This document shows, piece after piece, positions 1 to 10,476 of a DNA stretch of 64,000 nt; position 1 is the first letter of the stretch, and each line of letters opens with the position of its first letter. The DNA is from Thermodesulfobacteriota bacterium. Lineage in GTDB: Bacteria; Desulfobacterota; Desulfobacteria; Desulfobacterales; C00003060. Where the stretch lies: assembly GCA_034189385.1 (NCBI GenBank), contig JAXHVD010000015.1, positions 58,497-122,496 of the forward strand, in the 5' to 3' direction. A model generated the notes under the pieces. That model was not told where the DNA came from, searched no databases, and saw only the letters and a program-made list of their open reading frames with translations. Both the position numbers and the translations under genes were made by a program.

Positions 1-148
1 CCGAAAACCAGTAGGCGCCAAAATTCATCATCATGGCAAAGACGAATGCGATGACCATCCCCTGGTTCCCACCCAGGTACCGGCCTATGAACATCACCAG
101 GCCCGTGAGAGCCCCCAGAAGAAGCGCTGTCTTTATGGTGTTACCCAT
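1..148 (-). CDS. htpX: Zinc metalloprotease HtpX, N-terminal part (runs off the window edge)
   Basis: Manual translation [49 protein letters not shown] is a typical HtpX N-terminus; AGGAGG RBS upstream; not in the ORF track. Confidence 0.85.
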   Translation of the reverse strand, partial: MGNTIKTALLLGALTGLVMFIGRYLGGNQGMVIAFVFAMMMNFGAYWFS

Positions 149-276
149 TTGATCCTCCTATGGCCCACGGCCCGGTCAGTTGTCCACTGGACAACAGGGG
201 CACCGCAGGCAGACCCAGTTATTGAAATCGCTATGCCCGGCCATTGACCGTGGGCGTATTCTATCCTACAAGTTAA

Positions 277-305
277 AAATTAATCACCAAGCCAAGGGGT
301 GTCAA
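277..305 (-). promoter_or_regulatory. Putative sigma70-type promoter of htpX
   Basis: Minus strand TTGACA-N17-TAATTT. Confidence 0.4.
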
Positions 306-612
306 CGCGCTCTTTTGCCTTTTATCGACCTCGTTTTTTTCAGAGTTTTTTCTTGACGGCTCCGCCATTTAGTTATCTAAGCTAGTTTCCATCCATAAAC
401 GGCCCTTTTCCGCAATCTCGGCGTCAGTCTGCGAGATTGCTTGTGCGACGTACCTCGGTACGCCTCCGCGCAATCCCTTGATTTTCTTGACCTTGCGAAA
501 AATTGCTTGTTTCTGAATTGGAAACTGACACGAGTGCCCACCTCCTTTTTGGGCATTTGCCGATGGACACAAGCTAAAGGACCAATACGCAATTAGACTC
601 CGTCCATAATCC

Positions 613-1323
613 ATGCACCTCACCATTAACCAAGTGGCGACATTACTGAACTTACCGGCGAGCACGGTGCAGCGCTGGATCCGTCAGGGCAATATACCCG
701 TATATAGGCACGAGGGGAAATATCTCTTCCTGGAGAAGGAGTTGGTGAAGTGGGCCCAGGCCCAAGGCATTACTTTTGCGTCCAAGTCAGAAAAAGCCGC
801 CGGCCCTGAACCGGTCCCAGACCATAGCCTTGTCTCGGCCATGAAGAGGGGAGGGGTCTTGGAGGGGGTCAGAGGCGACGATACCTCCACGGTCCTAAAG
901 GCTCTCGTTGAGACGGCACCTTTAGCACCGTCCATTGACCGCGAGGAGTTGTTTCTCAGGCTCCTTGAGCGAGAAGACCTTTCAACCACTGGAATCGGCC
1001 GAGGGGTGGCTATTCCCCACCCGCGGTCCCCATTACCCCATGCACCGGCAGAACCGAGCATCACCACGTGCTTTTTAGAACACCCCATGGACTACAATGC
1101 CATCGACGACAGTCCCGTGTTTGTCCTGTTCTTGATGTTGAGTCCATCACCGAAGATTCACCTCAGGCTCCTGGCCAGGTTAAGCTATGCGCTCCGAGAC
1201 AAGGCCTTCATAGATTTTTTGAGAGGCTCACCGCCTGAGGGCCCTCTCCTTTCAAGGGTGGCAGAGATCGAAACCAACATAGACAACGTCCGTCACCTTT
1301 CTGAGTTGCACCATGGCTCTTAA
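613..1323 (+). CDS. Excisionase-like HTH domain fused to PTS EIIA (PtsN/fructose-type) domain
   Basis: N-terminal LTINQVATLLNLPASTVQRWIRQGNIP HTH; EIIA motif TTGIGRGVAIPHPR with phosphorylatable His. Confidence 0.85.
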   Translation: MHLTINQVATLLNLPASTVQRWIRQGNIPVYRHEGKYLFLEKELVKWAQAQGITFASKSEKAAGPEPVPDHSLVSAMKRGGVLEGVRGDDTSTVLKALVETAPLAPSIDREELFLRLLEREDLSTTGIGRGVAIPHPRSPLPHAPAEPSITTCFLEHPMDYNAIDDSPVFVLFLMLSPSPKIHLRLLARLSYALRDKAFIDFLRGSPPEGPLLSRVAEIETNIDNVRHLSELHHGS

Positions 1324-3043
1324 CGTGAAGGTCCCCTCCCTGCGCCTTGCCCTTTTGCGCGCCATCTGGCGCATAGACGAGCGCCTCCTCTTGATCGTCT
1401 TTGCTGCTATCGTTGGAACAGGCGCGGGCCTTGCCGCCGTCATTTTGAATCAACTGCTCTTTCATATACATGAGGCGTTGAAACCCCTTCGTTTCCACTG
1501 GTATGCCTTCATCCTCCCGGCATGTGGCGCCGGATTGTCTGCCCTGTTTCTAGGCCATGTGATGAAAGAAGGGGCGGGCCATGGCGTGCCTGAAGTCATA
1601 TACAGTGTCTGTAAAAGAGGCGGCCTCCTGCGTTTGCGTTCCAGTTTTTCTCGCCTTATCTCAAGTGCACTCACTATTGCCAGCGGAGGTTCTGCCGGGC
1701 CTGAGGCTCCAGTTGTTATGAGTGGAGCCTCTATTGGCTCAAACATTGCCAGGGCCTTTTCATTGAATGATCGCCAGAGGACGACCATGGTCGGCTGTGG
1801 GGCCGCCAGCGCCATTTCCGCAATCTTCAACGCCCCCATAGCCGGTATTATATTCTCCGTAGAAGTCATACTGGGGGAATGGACCCCTATTAATCTTATC
1901 CCCATTGGCATTGCATCAGTCGTTGGCACGGAGGTCAGTCGCCTTCTCCAAGGAAACCTCATCCCTTTTAGCCATCGCCAGTTTCACGCCTCTCTTTTGG
2001 ACATACTGGCATCTGTGGGCATTGCGGTGTTGGCAGGGCTCAGCTCCGTGCTTTTCACCCGCCTCCTAAACGGCACCATACGCAAATCCCATGAGCTGGC
2101 AAGTCCCGATTGGCTCCGGGCCGCCCTTGGTGGGGCCTCTGTAGGCCTTTTGGGCTTGGCCTTTCCTTCTGTTTTGGGAAAGGGCTACGATGTGGTGAGC
2201 ACCATCATAGAGAATCATTATCAATCGGGCCTGGTGCTCGTAGCCCTTGCAACACTGGCTAAGATTGTGGCAACCTCCCTCACCATCGGAACAGGGGGCT
2301 CAGGCGGCATCTTCGCGCCCTGTCTCGTCATCGGCAGTCTGGGAGGGCTTGCCTATCAGCGTGGCCTTGTTGCTTGTTGGCCTGCTGTCCCCTGGGCAGA
2401 AGAAGGATTCTTTGCCATGCTGGGAATGGCAGGCGTCATGAGTGGCACCTTGCAGGCACCACTGACCGGGATTTTTCTCATCGTAGAGGTTACGGGCAGT
2501 TATGAAGTGGTGTTGCCTCTTATCCTGGTCTCTTTTGTGTCTGCAACCCTCTGCCACCATTTACAGCCGGTGTCGTTCTATTATGGAGAACTCGTAAGCC
2601 AGGGCCATCTGCTTCGGCCCAGAACAGATGCCCGCCTGCTGGCCGACCTAAACATCCTGGAGCTAATAGAAAAGGACTGCATCGTCATCCATGAAAATAT
2701 GCGGCTGAGAGACATGATCCCCATTATAGAACAAGCCTCACGGGACTGTTTTCCCGTGGAAGACTCAAAGACAGGAGATTTCCTCGGTCTGATCCACCTC
2801 AACGACATTCGGCCCTATCTTTTCAATCCCGGTCTTCACGACGCTGTGATTATGGGTGAGATCATGGATGTAAACGTACCGCGAGTAGCGCCCTTTGACC
2901 ACATGAAAGACGTCCTGCAGCTTATGGATGAGACCCACTCATGGAGCCTCCCTGTAGTGCGCAGAGATAAGTTCATGGGCATGGTCTCCAAAGGGACTAT
3001 CCTAGATCGATACCGCAAGGAGCTGATCGTACAAACCCATTAG
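1313..3043 (+). CDS. ClC-family chloride channel/antiporter with C-terminal CBS domains
   Basis: GHGVPEV, GSAGPEAP and GGIFAP ClC-type signatures; many TM helices; CBS pair at C-terminus. Confidence 0.9.
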   Translation: MALNVKVPSLRLALLRAIWRIDERLLLIVFAAIVGTGAGLAAVILNQLLFHIHEALKPLRFHWYAFILPACGAGLSALFLGHVMKEGAGHGVPEVIYSVCKRGGLLRLRSSFSRLISSALTIASGGSAGPEAPVVMSGASIGSNIARAFSLNDRQRTTMVGCGAASAISAIFNAPIAGIIFSVEVILGEWTPINLIPIGIASVVGTEVSRLLQGNLIPFSHRQFHASLLDILASVGIAVLAGLSSVLFTRLLNGTIRKSHELASPDWLRAALGGASVGLLGLAFPSVLGKGYDVVSTIIENHYQSGLVLVALATLAKIVATSLTIGTGGSGGIFAPCLVIGSLGGLAYQRGLVACWPAVPWAEEGFFAMLGMAGVMSGTLQAPLTGIFLIVEVTGSYEVVLPLILVSFVSATLCHHLQPVSFYYGELVSQGHLLRPRTDARLLADLNILELIEKDCIVIHENMRLRDMIPIIEQASRDCFPVEDSKTGDFLGLIHLNDIRPYLFNPGLHDAVIMGEIMDVNVPRVAPFDHMKDVLQLMDETHSWSLPVVRRDKFMGMVSKGTILDRYRKELIVQTH

Positions 3044-3053
3044 GAGGCACAGC

Positions 3054-3863
3054 ATGAAACCACAACTGCTTCATATTTTTAGAAACACCCCCTTTGGCCG
3101 AGAGACCCTTCTTGAGTCCTGTTACTTCTGCCGGACCATCGGGACAGAATTGGTCGCCTACGTCCCCAAGACGTCCAAGTTTCTCATGTATTTTGAAAAC
3201 GACGTGGTTCAGGTGGATCTGGACAGCTCGTTTCTCTCCTCACCAGACACAGCAAAAGAACATGCCACATCGATCATCCGTTCTTCCGGACTGGCCCCAC
3301 TCTTCTTTGACCCAAAAGACTTCACAGCCTCGACCTTGCCCGACATCCCCACCCATTTTGACTACATGTGTTGCCCTCGCAGCATTGTAGACCTTTCTTC
3401 GAAGATCGGCTTGGGATACATAGGACCCCGGGTAAGAAGAATTGTCCAGAGCGCGACGTTTCCGGTCTACATCCCCAATCCCGTGTTCAAGGAGTGGAAA
3501 AGCCTCGCCGTGTTGTTCGGTGGTTCGGCCAATGCTGTGAAGGCCCTTCGATTGGCCATGCGATTGAGCAGGCTCTCCGGTTATCCTCTCAAGGTCTTTA
3601 CTCAGCTAGAAAGTGACAGCAGAGCAGACTATGACAGGGTCATCAAAGAAAACGGCCTTGAAGACGCCATTGAAGATTGGACCATTTTTGAGGCAGGAAA
3701 ACTGAAAGCAAATCTTTACGAAGTCCCCCACGACGCCCTTGTCATTCTGGGGGCCTATGGCCATGGCTTAATTAGGCAGCTTGCCTTTGGGAGCAAGATG
3801 GAATTGATCCAAACCATACTGCCCAATAGCCTCTTAATCGTGGGGCCCCACTGCGCCGTTTAG
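3054..3863 (+). CDS. Universal stress protein (USP)-like protein
   Basis: C-terminal LGAYGHG...FGSKMELI motif typical of USP domains; AGGAGG RBS; operonic with ClC. Confidence 0.7.
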   Translation: MKPQLLHIFRNTPFGRETLLESCYFCRTIGTELVAYVPKTSKFLMYFENDVVQVDLDSSFLSSPDTAKEHATSIIRSSGLAPLFFDPKDFTASTLPDIPTHFDYMCCPRSIVDLSSKIGLGYIGPRVRRIVQSATFPVYIPNPVFKEWKSLAVLFGGSANAVKALRLAMRLSRLSGYPLKVFTQLESDSRADYDRVIKENGLEDAIEDWTIFEAGKLKANLYEVPHDALVILGAYGHGLIRQLAFGSKMELIQTILPNSLLIVGPHCAV

Positions 3864-6443
3864 TTCAAAGACAATCTTCTCCCCGTCTCCATGGCACCGT
3901 ATATGGCTCCCCTCAGAGAAATGGCCCTCCAGGATCTCCATGGCTAGTGGGTTTTCGATGTGCTTCTGGATAGCCCGCTTCAGTGGACGGGCACCAAAGG
4001 TAGGATCAAAGCCCTCCCGTGCTAAAAGGGCCTTGGCGTCATCTGAAAGCGCCAGCGTCATATGCTGATCCGCCAGTCGCCTTTTCAAACCCTCCAGTTG
4101 GATCTCCACAATGGCATGCAGATGCTCCGGTGTGAGGTTATGGAAAATCATGATGTCGTCAATCCTGTTTAGAAACTCCGGCTTGAAACTGGCCTGAAGG
4201 GCCTCCATGACCCGTTTTTCCATTTCTTGGCGCTGATCTGCACCCAGTTCCTGGATCCAATGGCTCCCCACATTGGATGTCATGATGATGATGGTATTCT
4301 TAAAATCCACTGTACGGCCTTGGCCATCGGTCATGCGGCCGTCATCAAGGATCTGCAAAAGCGCGTTAAAGACCTCTGGATGGGCCTTTTCGATCTCGTC
4401 AAAAAGGACCACGGAATAAGGACGGCGCCTCACCGATTCAGTAAGTTGCCCACCCTCTTCGTAGCCCACGTATCCGGGAGGGGCGCCGATGAGTCTTGAG
4501 ACAGAGTGCCTTTCCATGTACTCAGACATGTCAATCCGGACCATGGCCTGTTCATCGTCAAAGAGAAACGCTGCCAGGGCCTTGGCCAGCTCTGTCTTGC
4601 CCACACCTGTGGGTCCCATGAAGATGAACGAGCCGATAGGACGATTGGGGTCCTGCAGGCCTGATCTGGCCCGCCGCACGGCATTGGACACGGCCACAAT
4701 GGCATCCTTCTGCCCCACGACCCGTTTTGAGAGGCGTCCTTCCATATGCACGAGCTTCTGCCGCTCCCCTTCCATCATTCGAGACACCGGAATTCCCGTC
4801 CACCTGGAAACCACCTCAGCTACATCTTCTTCATCTACTTCTTCCTTGAGCATCTTGCGTCCAGATTGCAGTTCGGAAAGGGTGGCATTGGCCTCTTCCA
4901 GGCGTTTTCTCAAGTCGGTGGTCACCCCGTAGCGAAGCTCTGCGGCACGGGCGAGGTTCCCTTCACGCTCGGCCTGCTGTTCCTCAATGCCAAGACGTTC
5001 CAGTTCCTCCTTTGCCTTACGAATGGTCTGGATGGCCTCTTTTTCATTCTGCCAGTGGGCCTTCATTTCCCGGCTCTTTTCCAGCATGGCGCCAATCTCT
5101 TTTTCAAGCTTTTTGAGCCGTTCTTTTGAGGCATCGTCCGTTTCCTTGCGCAGGGCCTCCCGTTCGATCTCGGCCTGGATGATTTTGCGCTCCACCTCAT
5201 CGATCTCGGCAGGCATGCTGTCTATCTCGATGCGGAGCCTGGAAGCAGACTCATCTATGAGATCGATGGCCTTGTCCGGCAGGAACCGATCGGAAATGTA
5301 CCGGTGAGACAAAGTGGCCGCAGCCACTATGGCAGAGTCCTTGATCCGCACCCCATGATGGACTTCATATTTCTCTTTCAGGCCTCGCAAAATGGAAATG
5401 GTCTCCTCCACCGAAGGTTCGACTACGAGGACAGGTTGGAAACGCCGCTCTAGGGCCGCGTCCTTTTCCACGTGTTTGCGGTATTCGTTCAGTGTTGTGG
5501 CCCCCACGCACCTGAGTGTACCGCGCGCCAAGGCAGGCTTCAGCATATTTGACGCATCTACGGCTCCCTCCGCGGCCCCAGCGCCCACCATGGTGTGAAG
5601 CTCATCGATGAACATGATGATCTCGCCTTCAGCCGCCTCTACCTCTTTCAACACAGCCTTAAGGCGGTCTTCGAACTCGCCACGGTACTTGGCCCCTGCC
5701 ACGAGGGTTCCCATGTCCAAGGCAACCAACCGTCTATTCTTGAGGGTCTCTGGCACGTCGCCGTTGACAATCCGCTGGGCCAGCCCTTCCACAATAGCAG
5801 TCTTACCCACGCCCGGTTCACCGATCAGGACCGGGTTGTTCTTGGTACGACGGGAAAGGACCTGCACCACCCGGCGGATCTCCTCATCCCGACCAATGAC
5901 CGGATCGATTTTGCCGAGGCGGGCGAGATCGGTGAGATCCCGGCCAAATTTCTGGAGGGCCTGATATTTTTCCTCAGGATTAGGATCGGTAATCCGCTGG
6001 GTGCCCCGAATCTCCACAAGGACTTTCAGGATCGATTCGCGGGTGACCCCTGCGCCCGTCAAGATGCGGGCCCCATCTGTTTCTTTCTGGTCGGTCATGG
6101 CCACAAGGATGTGTTCTATGCTCACATATTCATCCTTGAGCTTGGCCGCTTCTGCAAAGGCCCCATCAAGAACCCTTTTCGTTGCTGGGGAGATGTAGAC
6201 TTCTCCCGCGCCGGCACCGCTGAGTTGAGGCTTCTTATCCAAGGCCTGAGAGACTTCCTGCAACACCCCTTCAGGAGATGCCCCAAGTTTTTGCAAAATA
6301 GAGCGGGCAATCCCCTCTCGTTGCTCTAGCATGGTTTTCAGCAGATGCTCCGGCTCTATTTGCTGGTGCCGCAACTGCCCGGCCAAGGCCTGGGCACCTT
6401 GAATCAGCTCCTGAGATTTGATGGTGAACTTGTCAAAGCGCAT
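3834..6443 (-). CDS. clpB: ATP-dependent chaperone ClpB
   Basis: Two AAA+ modules ([16 protein letters not shown]), coiled-coil M domain, GAPPGYVGY; 869 aa. Confidence 0.97.
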   Translation of the reverse strand: MRFDKFTIKSQELIQGAQALAGQLRHQQIEPEHLLKTMLEQREGIARSILQKLGASPEGVLQEVSQALDKKPQLSGAGAGEVYISPATKRVLDGAFAEAAKLKDEYVSIEHILVAMTDQKETDGARILTGAGVTRESILKVLVEIRGTQRITDPNPEEKYQALQKFGRDLTDLARLGKIDPVIGRDEEIRRVVQVLSRRTKNNPVLIGEPGVGKTAIVEGLAQRIVNGDVPETLKNRRLVALDMGTLVAGAKYRGEFEDRLKAVLKEVEAAEGEIIMFIDELHTMVGAGAAEGAVDASNMLKPALARGTLRCVGATTLNEYRKHVEKDAALERRFQPVLVVEPSVEETISILRGLKEKYEVHHGVRIKDSAIVAAATLSHRYISDRFLPDKAIDLIDESASRLRIEIDSMPAEIDEVERKIIQAEIEREALRKETDDASKERLKKLEKEIGAMLEKSREMKAHWQNEKEAIQTIRKAKEELERLGIEEQQAEREGNLARAAELRYGVTTDLRKRLEEANATLSELQSGRKMLKEEVDEEDVAEVVSRWTGIPVSRMMEGERQKLVHMEGRLSKRVVGQKDAIVAVSNAVRRARSGLQDPNRPIGSFIFMGPTGVGKTELAKALAAFLFDDEQAMVRIDMSEYMERHSVSRLIGAPPGYVGYEEGGQLTESVRRRPYSVVLFDEIEKAHPEVFNALLQILDDGRMTDGQGRTVDFKNTIIIMTSNVGSHWIQELGADQRQEMEKRVMEALQASFKPEFLNRIDDIMIFHNLTPEHLHAIVEIQLEGLKRRLADQHMTLALSDDAKALLAREGFDPTFGARPLKRAIQKHIENPLAMEILEGHFSEGSHIRCHGDGEKIVFELNGAVGPHD

Positions 6444-6486
6444 CTTTTTCTCCTTCTTACATTTTCAACAGACATACTTCTCACAA

Positions 6487-6514
6487 AACATAATCACTGG
6501 GTATATATTGTCAA
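6487..6514 (-). promoter_or_regulatory. Putative promoter of clpB
   Basis: Minus strand TTGACA-N16-TATGTT, 44 nt upstream of the start codon. Confidence 0.4.
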
Positions 6515-6677
6515 ACCCTGCCAGATTACATCATAAATCTCTTTGAAACCGGCTGTGCCTTTTCTTCAACATACTGGTCTATCGTGCTTTGTCAACAAGG
6601 CTTGTCATCTGGAAACAGCGTCGATTCACACGCCAGAGGGAAAAAGATGAGGGACTTAGAGAGTGTGAATGGCCTTC

Positions 6678-7628
6678 TTAGCCCTTCCTGAAAACACTCA
6701 CCAGGCCCTTTGGAAGGAACATGATGACCACAAGCAGTATGAGTCCGTATACCAGGACATCAAAATCCTGAAACATGTGGAGCCATTCGTTGCTGAGATA
6801 GCTCAACAGGCAGGTCCCCAACATGGCCCCCCAAATGCTTCCCATGCCACCAATGACGACCATCATGAGAAACTTGATGGACCAGAACAGGTCAAAAGAG
6901 CCAGGACTCAGAAAGGTCATGTAATGGGTGTATAGGCTACCTGCCAGGGAGGCATACACAGCGCTCAAGACAAAAATCCGTGTCTTGTACAAGGATGTGG
7001 GTACACCCATGGCATTGGCTGCCTTCTCGCTCCCGTGGATGGACCGCAGCGCCCTTCCCACCCTGGAGTGTATGATGTTGAGGGAGACAAGGAGAACAGC
7101 CAAGACAATAGCCCACACAAAATAGTAATACTTCACCGTGGTGTCGATCTGCCAGCCACCGAGTGAAATACCTGGGATGTCTGCAAGGCCCGAAGGGCCA
7201 CCGGTAAGGGCCACCTCCTCGTTAAAGACAACAAAGACAATGACACCAAAACCAAGGGTAGCCATGGCCAGGTAGTGCCCTTTGAGTTTCAGGGATGGTA
7301 CCCCCACGGCCAGGGCAACGAGTCCCGTCAACACCATCCCGGCTGGTAGGGCTGCCCACGGAGACCACCCGAAGTTTGTGGTGAGTACACCGGACACGTA
7401 GGCCCCCAAGCCAAAAAAGGCGGCCTGCCCCAGGGACACCTGACCTGCGTAGCCCATCAGGAGACTCAGCCCAATGTTCACGAGGGAAAATATCCCCACA
7501 AAAACCATGATGTCCAAGTAGTGGTGAATAGCGGAAAAACTGGTGGTCAGCAGGGGAAACAGGAAAATGCCCACGCCAAGGGCCACGAGTACGCCCATGT
7601 CTTGCTTCTCAACAGCGGTCATGTGCAC
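6678..7628 (-). CDS. livM: Branched-chain amino acid-type ABC transporter permease (LivM-like)
   Basis: GYAGQVSLGQAAFFGLGAY, LKGHYLAMATLGFG, TGGPSG motifs. Confidence 0.88.
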   Translation of the reverse strand: MHMTAVEKQDMGVLVALGVGIFLFPLLTTSFSAIHHYLDIMVFVGIFSLVNIGLSLLMGYAGQVSLGQAAFFGLGAYVSGVLTTNFGWSPWAALPAGMVLTGLVALAVGVPSLKLKGHYLAMATLGFGVIVFVVFNEEVALTGGPSGLADIPGISLGGWQIDTTVKYYYFVWAIVLAVLLVSLNIIHSRVGRALRSIHGSEKAANAMGVPTSLYKTRIFVLSAVYASLAGSLYTHYMTFLSPGSFDLFWSIKFLMMVVIGGMGSIWGAMLGTCLLSYLSNEWLHMFQDFDVLVYGLILLVVIMFLPKGLVSVFRKG

Positions 7629-7641
7629 TCGGTTCCGGTCC

Positions 7642-8544
7642 TCAGAATTCCTTCATCCTCATGATCTCCTTGCTCCCGAAAAGCCCGCTCGGTCTCACAA
7701 AGAGCACTAGAAGCAAGACCATTAGGGCGGCAGCGTCCTTATATCCCGATGATATGAGCCCTGCACAGAAAGACTCTACAAGGCCCACAATGAATCCTGC
7801 AACCACGGCCCCATAGAAATGGCCGAGCCCCCCCAGGACGGCGGCCCCAAAGCCCTTCAGGGCCAAGAGAGCCCCGCGGTCGTATTCCATCATGGATATG
7901 GGGGTCACCACTATCCCGGCCACCGCTCCAATAGCTGCACTCAGACCGAATGAGACCATGACCATGGTCTTCACATCGATGCCCATAAGCTGGGCCGCAT
8001 CCCTGTTGTCTGAACTTGCAATCATGGCCTTGCCAAACTTGGTGTGCTTGAAAAACATGGTCAAGAGAAAAACAACCACCAGCGTTGTTCCAAGCACCCA
8101 TATGGATTGAGGGAAAATGGCAGCCCCCATGAAAACAAAAGGTTCTCGATCCGTAAAGGGGGGCAAGACAAAGGGGTCCTTTCCCCACCCATACATGGCG
8201 GCCCCCTTTAGTAATATGGAGGCCGCAATCGTCAGGATGATCATGGTAAGCACGGAGGCGTTCTTTGCGGGGAAAATGGCAAATCGCTCCATCAATACCC
8301 CTATGGTCAAGACCACAGCCACTGTCAGCATAAAGGCTATGACAAGGGGCAGGTGCAAGACACTGGCAAAGAAAACCATGAAAAGTCCACCGAGCATCAC
8401 AAACTCCCCCTGAGCGAAGTTGATGATCTCGGTCACATTGTAGATAATGTCAAAACCGATAGCCACGAGGGCATAGATGCTCCCCACAGTAATACCGGTG
8501 ATGGCATACTGAATCAGTTGTCCGCTGAGGGTGATTTGCTCCAT
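7642..8544 (-). CDS. livH: Branched-chain amino acid-type ABC transporter permease (LivH-like)
   Basis: GSIYALVAIGF...INFAQGEF, KGFGAAVLGGLG; start moved to MEQITLSG. Confidence 0.88.
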   Translation of the reverse strand: MEQITLSGQLIQYAITGITVGSIYALVAIGFDIIYNVTEIINFAQGEFVMLGGLFMVFFASVLHLPLVIAFMLTVAVVLTIGVLMERFAIFPAKNASVLTMIILTIAASILLKGAAMYGWGKDPFVLPPFTDREPFVFMGAAIFPQSIWVLGTTLVVVFLLTMFFKHTKFGKAMIASSDNRDAAQLMGIDVKTMVMVSFGLSAAIGAVAGIVVTPISMMEYDRGALLALKGFGAAVLGGLGHFYGAVVAGFIVGLVESFCAGLISSGYKDAAALMVLLLVLFVRPSGLFGSKEIMRMKEF

Positions 8545-8727
8545 AGAGACAATGGTACGGCTTAAGCTCTCTGAAAAGACCCGATGTCGCTCACTCCTGT
8601 GAACCTCTCTTGGAGTTTTCAATCTGCCCGGCTAAATGGCCGAAACTCTCGGCCACGGCGGATCAAACAGTCTGCAATCATCGGGGCCAGCCACATCGTA
8701 TGGATGTTGTCCTGATAAATATACGCT

Positions 8728-8759
8728 CGCTAACCCCGCTTGAAGGAGCGGGGTTAGCG
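8728..8759. terminator. Intercistronic hairpin between binding-protein and permease genes
   Basis: Perfect 13-bp stem CGCTAACCCCGCT/AGCGGGGTTAGCG with 6-nt loop. Confidence 0.55.
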
Positions 8760-8805
8760 CTCGCTCATTCGATTCGAAGCGGTAACAGTCTCAAACAGTC
8801 ACGTG

Positions 8806-9975
8806 TTACTTGGCGATGGCCCAGTCCCCGCCTTTAACGACCACCATCTCTAAATCGTCTTTGGAAAGTCCATTGTGGTCGCGGGGTGAGAAATTAAATA
8901 CCCCGTGTTGCCCCACAAAACCGGTCAGATTCTCAATGAAATCACGGATTTTAGAGCGATCTGGCCCAACCGATTCTAAGGCCTTCACGGCGATGTGCAG
9001 AGAATCCCAGGCATGTCCGCCAAAAGACGATATGGGCTCGTTATACTTTTTCTCATAGGCTTCCGTATAGCCCATGACCACCCCCTTTTGGATGTGGTCA
9101 TCGGCAAGGAGGCGGCCGATATTGCCCCGTGCCAGCGGACAGAGGACCCCTTCGGCATCCTTGCCGCAAAGCTCGATGTTCTTCCGGCTTCCGAATCCGT
9201 GGCTTTGGTAGAGCGGCAGTTTGTCCATGGCGAGGGCGCGCCAGTTTTTCACTGCCAAGATCTGGGTCTGCCCAACAGACCAGTTCACGATAGCCTGGGC
9301 GTCGGTCCCTTTGATCTTGGTCAATTGAGCTGTGAGGTCTGTGTCTTTGGGACCGTAGCGCTCATCTGCAACAATGGTAATACCGTAGTCTTTGGCAAAG
9401 GCCAGAAGTTCTTCCCGGCCACTTGCCCCGAATCCGGTTGTACCTGTCATGATCCCCACCTTGGTGATCCCTTTACTCTTCATGTGGTCGTAGATCCGCT
9501 GGGCCACATGAATATCCGACCCTGCCACCTTAAAGACCCAGTGGCGCTTTTCCACCGGCATCACGATCTTCTTGCTGGCCGCGCACGAGATGAGAGGGAT
9601 CTGAGCCTTATCCGCAACGCTCACGATCGCCAGGGATGTACCACTCGTTGATGGCCCGATAACAACGGGCACGTTGTCTTGATTGATCAGTTTCTTCATG
9701 GCCACGTTGCACTTGGTGGCATCTCCTTCATCGTCATATATAATCAACTCCAGGCGATGGCCGTTAATGCCCCCGGCCTTGTTGATCTCTTCAGCGATCA
9801 TCTCGGCGGTCTTCTTCTCAGGCTCTCCCAGAAAAGAGGCCCGGCCTGTCACCGAAAAGATGGCCCCCACCTTGTAAGGCTCCTCAGCCTCCACGTTGCT
9901 GGCCCAAGATAGCGCCACCGCGGTCGTCAAGAACATTGAAATGGCGATCCAGACAACACTTCTTTTCATATCCAT
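8806..9975 (-). CDS. ABC transporter substrate-binding protein, LivK/type 1 periplasmic-binding family
   Basis: Signal peptide; YKVGAIFSVTGRASFLGEPE, INKAGGING, YDDEGD motifs. Confidence 0.88.
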   Translation of the reverse strand: MDMKRSVVWIAISMFLTTAVALSWASNVEAEEPYKVGAIFSVTGRASFLGEPEKKTAEMIAEEINKAGGINGHRLELIIYDDEGDATKCNVAMKKLINQDNVPVVIGPSTSGTSLAIVSVADKAQIPLISCAASKKIVMPVEKRHWVFKVAGSDIHVAQRIYDHMKSKGITKVGIMTGTTGFGASGREELLAFAKDYGITIVADERYGPKDTDLTAQLTKIKGTDAQAIVNWSVGQTQILAVKNWRALAMDKLPLYQSHGFGSRKNIELCGKDAEGVLCPLARGNIGRLLADDHIQKGVVMGYTEAYEKKYNEPISSFGGHAWDSLHIAVKALESVGPDRSKIRDFIENLTGFVGQHGVFNFSPRDHNGLSKDDLEMVVVKGGDWAIAK

Positions 9976-10066
9976 GGCAATCTCCTCCTAAAAAGATGTA
10001 GTCCTTCAGATTCCCAGTACACGGGACAGACAACATGCGAACGTCTCTCGTCACCTCCTTTCACAC

Positions 10067-10097
10067 AAAAAAAAACCGTGAGCCTTCGGGCCCGCGG
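10067..10097 (-). terminator. Intrinsic terminator in the 5' leader of the ABC operon (possible attenuator)
   Basis: Minus strand CCGCGGGCC-CGAA-GGCTCACGG followed by T9, about 90 nt upstream of the start codon. Confidence 0.7.
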
Positions 10098-10234
10098 CTC
10101 CCAAAAATCTTCTCAGATCAATGGATGAACAAAGACCTGAGCCGACGCTGGCGGCAGCCTCGCGATACTAGCCACCGTGGTGCATTCGGTAGCGTCTCAG
10201 CACACAAGGGTAGAACTTCCGAAAATTTGGCACG

Positions 10235-10264
10235 ATCCTTACAAGAAAAGAAAGGCCGTGTCAA
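10235..10264 (-). promoter_or_regulatory. Putative sigma70 promoter for the ABC operon leader
   Basis: Minus strand TTGACA-N17-TAAGGAT. Confidence 0.4.
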
Positions 10265-10476
10265 CAACAAAGCCTTTGGCCAACAAGGGCTCACCCAAGT
10301 CAAAGGGGTGTGTCTGGACAAGCCATGCTCCCTGGCCCATGCCCTCAGACATGGAAAGGTGCCTTGATTATTGATCCATTATGCACTAAGTTAAGAAGGT
10401 TGACCCTTTTTCTTGAGAGAGACGATAGAGCCTCTTTCTCCTTTGGGCACTGTAGCCAGGGTCAAGGACCAGTATA

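Noticed and set aside
3834..3863. 30-nt convergent overlap of the USP gene and clpB
   Set aside because: Short 3' overlaps of convergent genes are common; no further signal.
4227..6329. Long antisense ORFs inside clpB (likewise inside lon, clpX, mnmG, ccmF and the binding-protein gene)
   Set aside because: Shadow ORFs of well-conserved genes, with no recognisable motifs.
10228..10243. TGGCACGATCCTTAC as a sigma54 promoter for the ccm operon
   Set aside because: The -12 GC is replaced by AC and the site overlaps the divergent sigma70-like promoter; not supportable.
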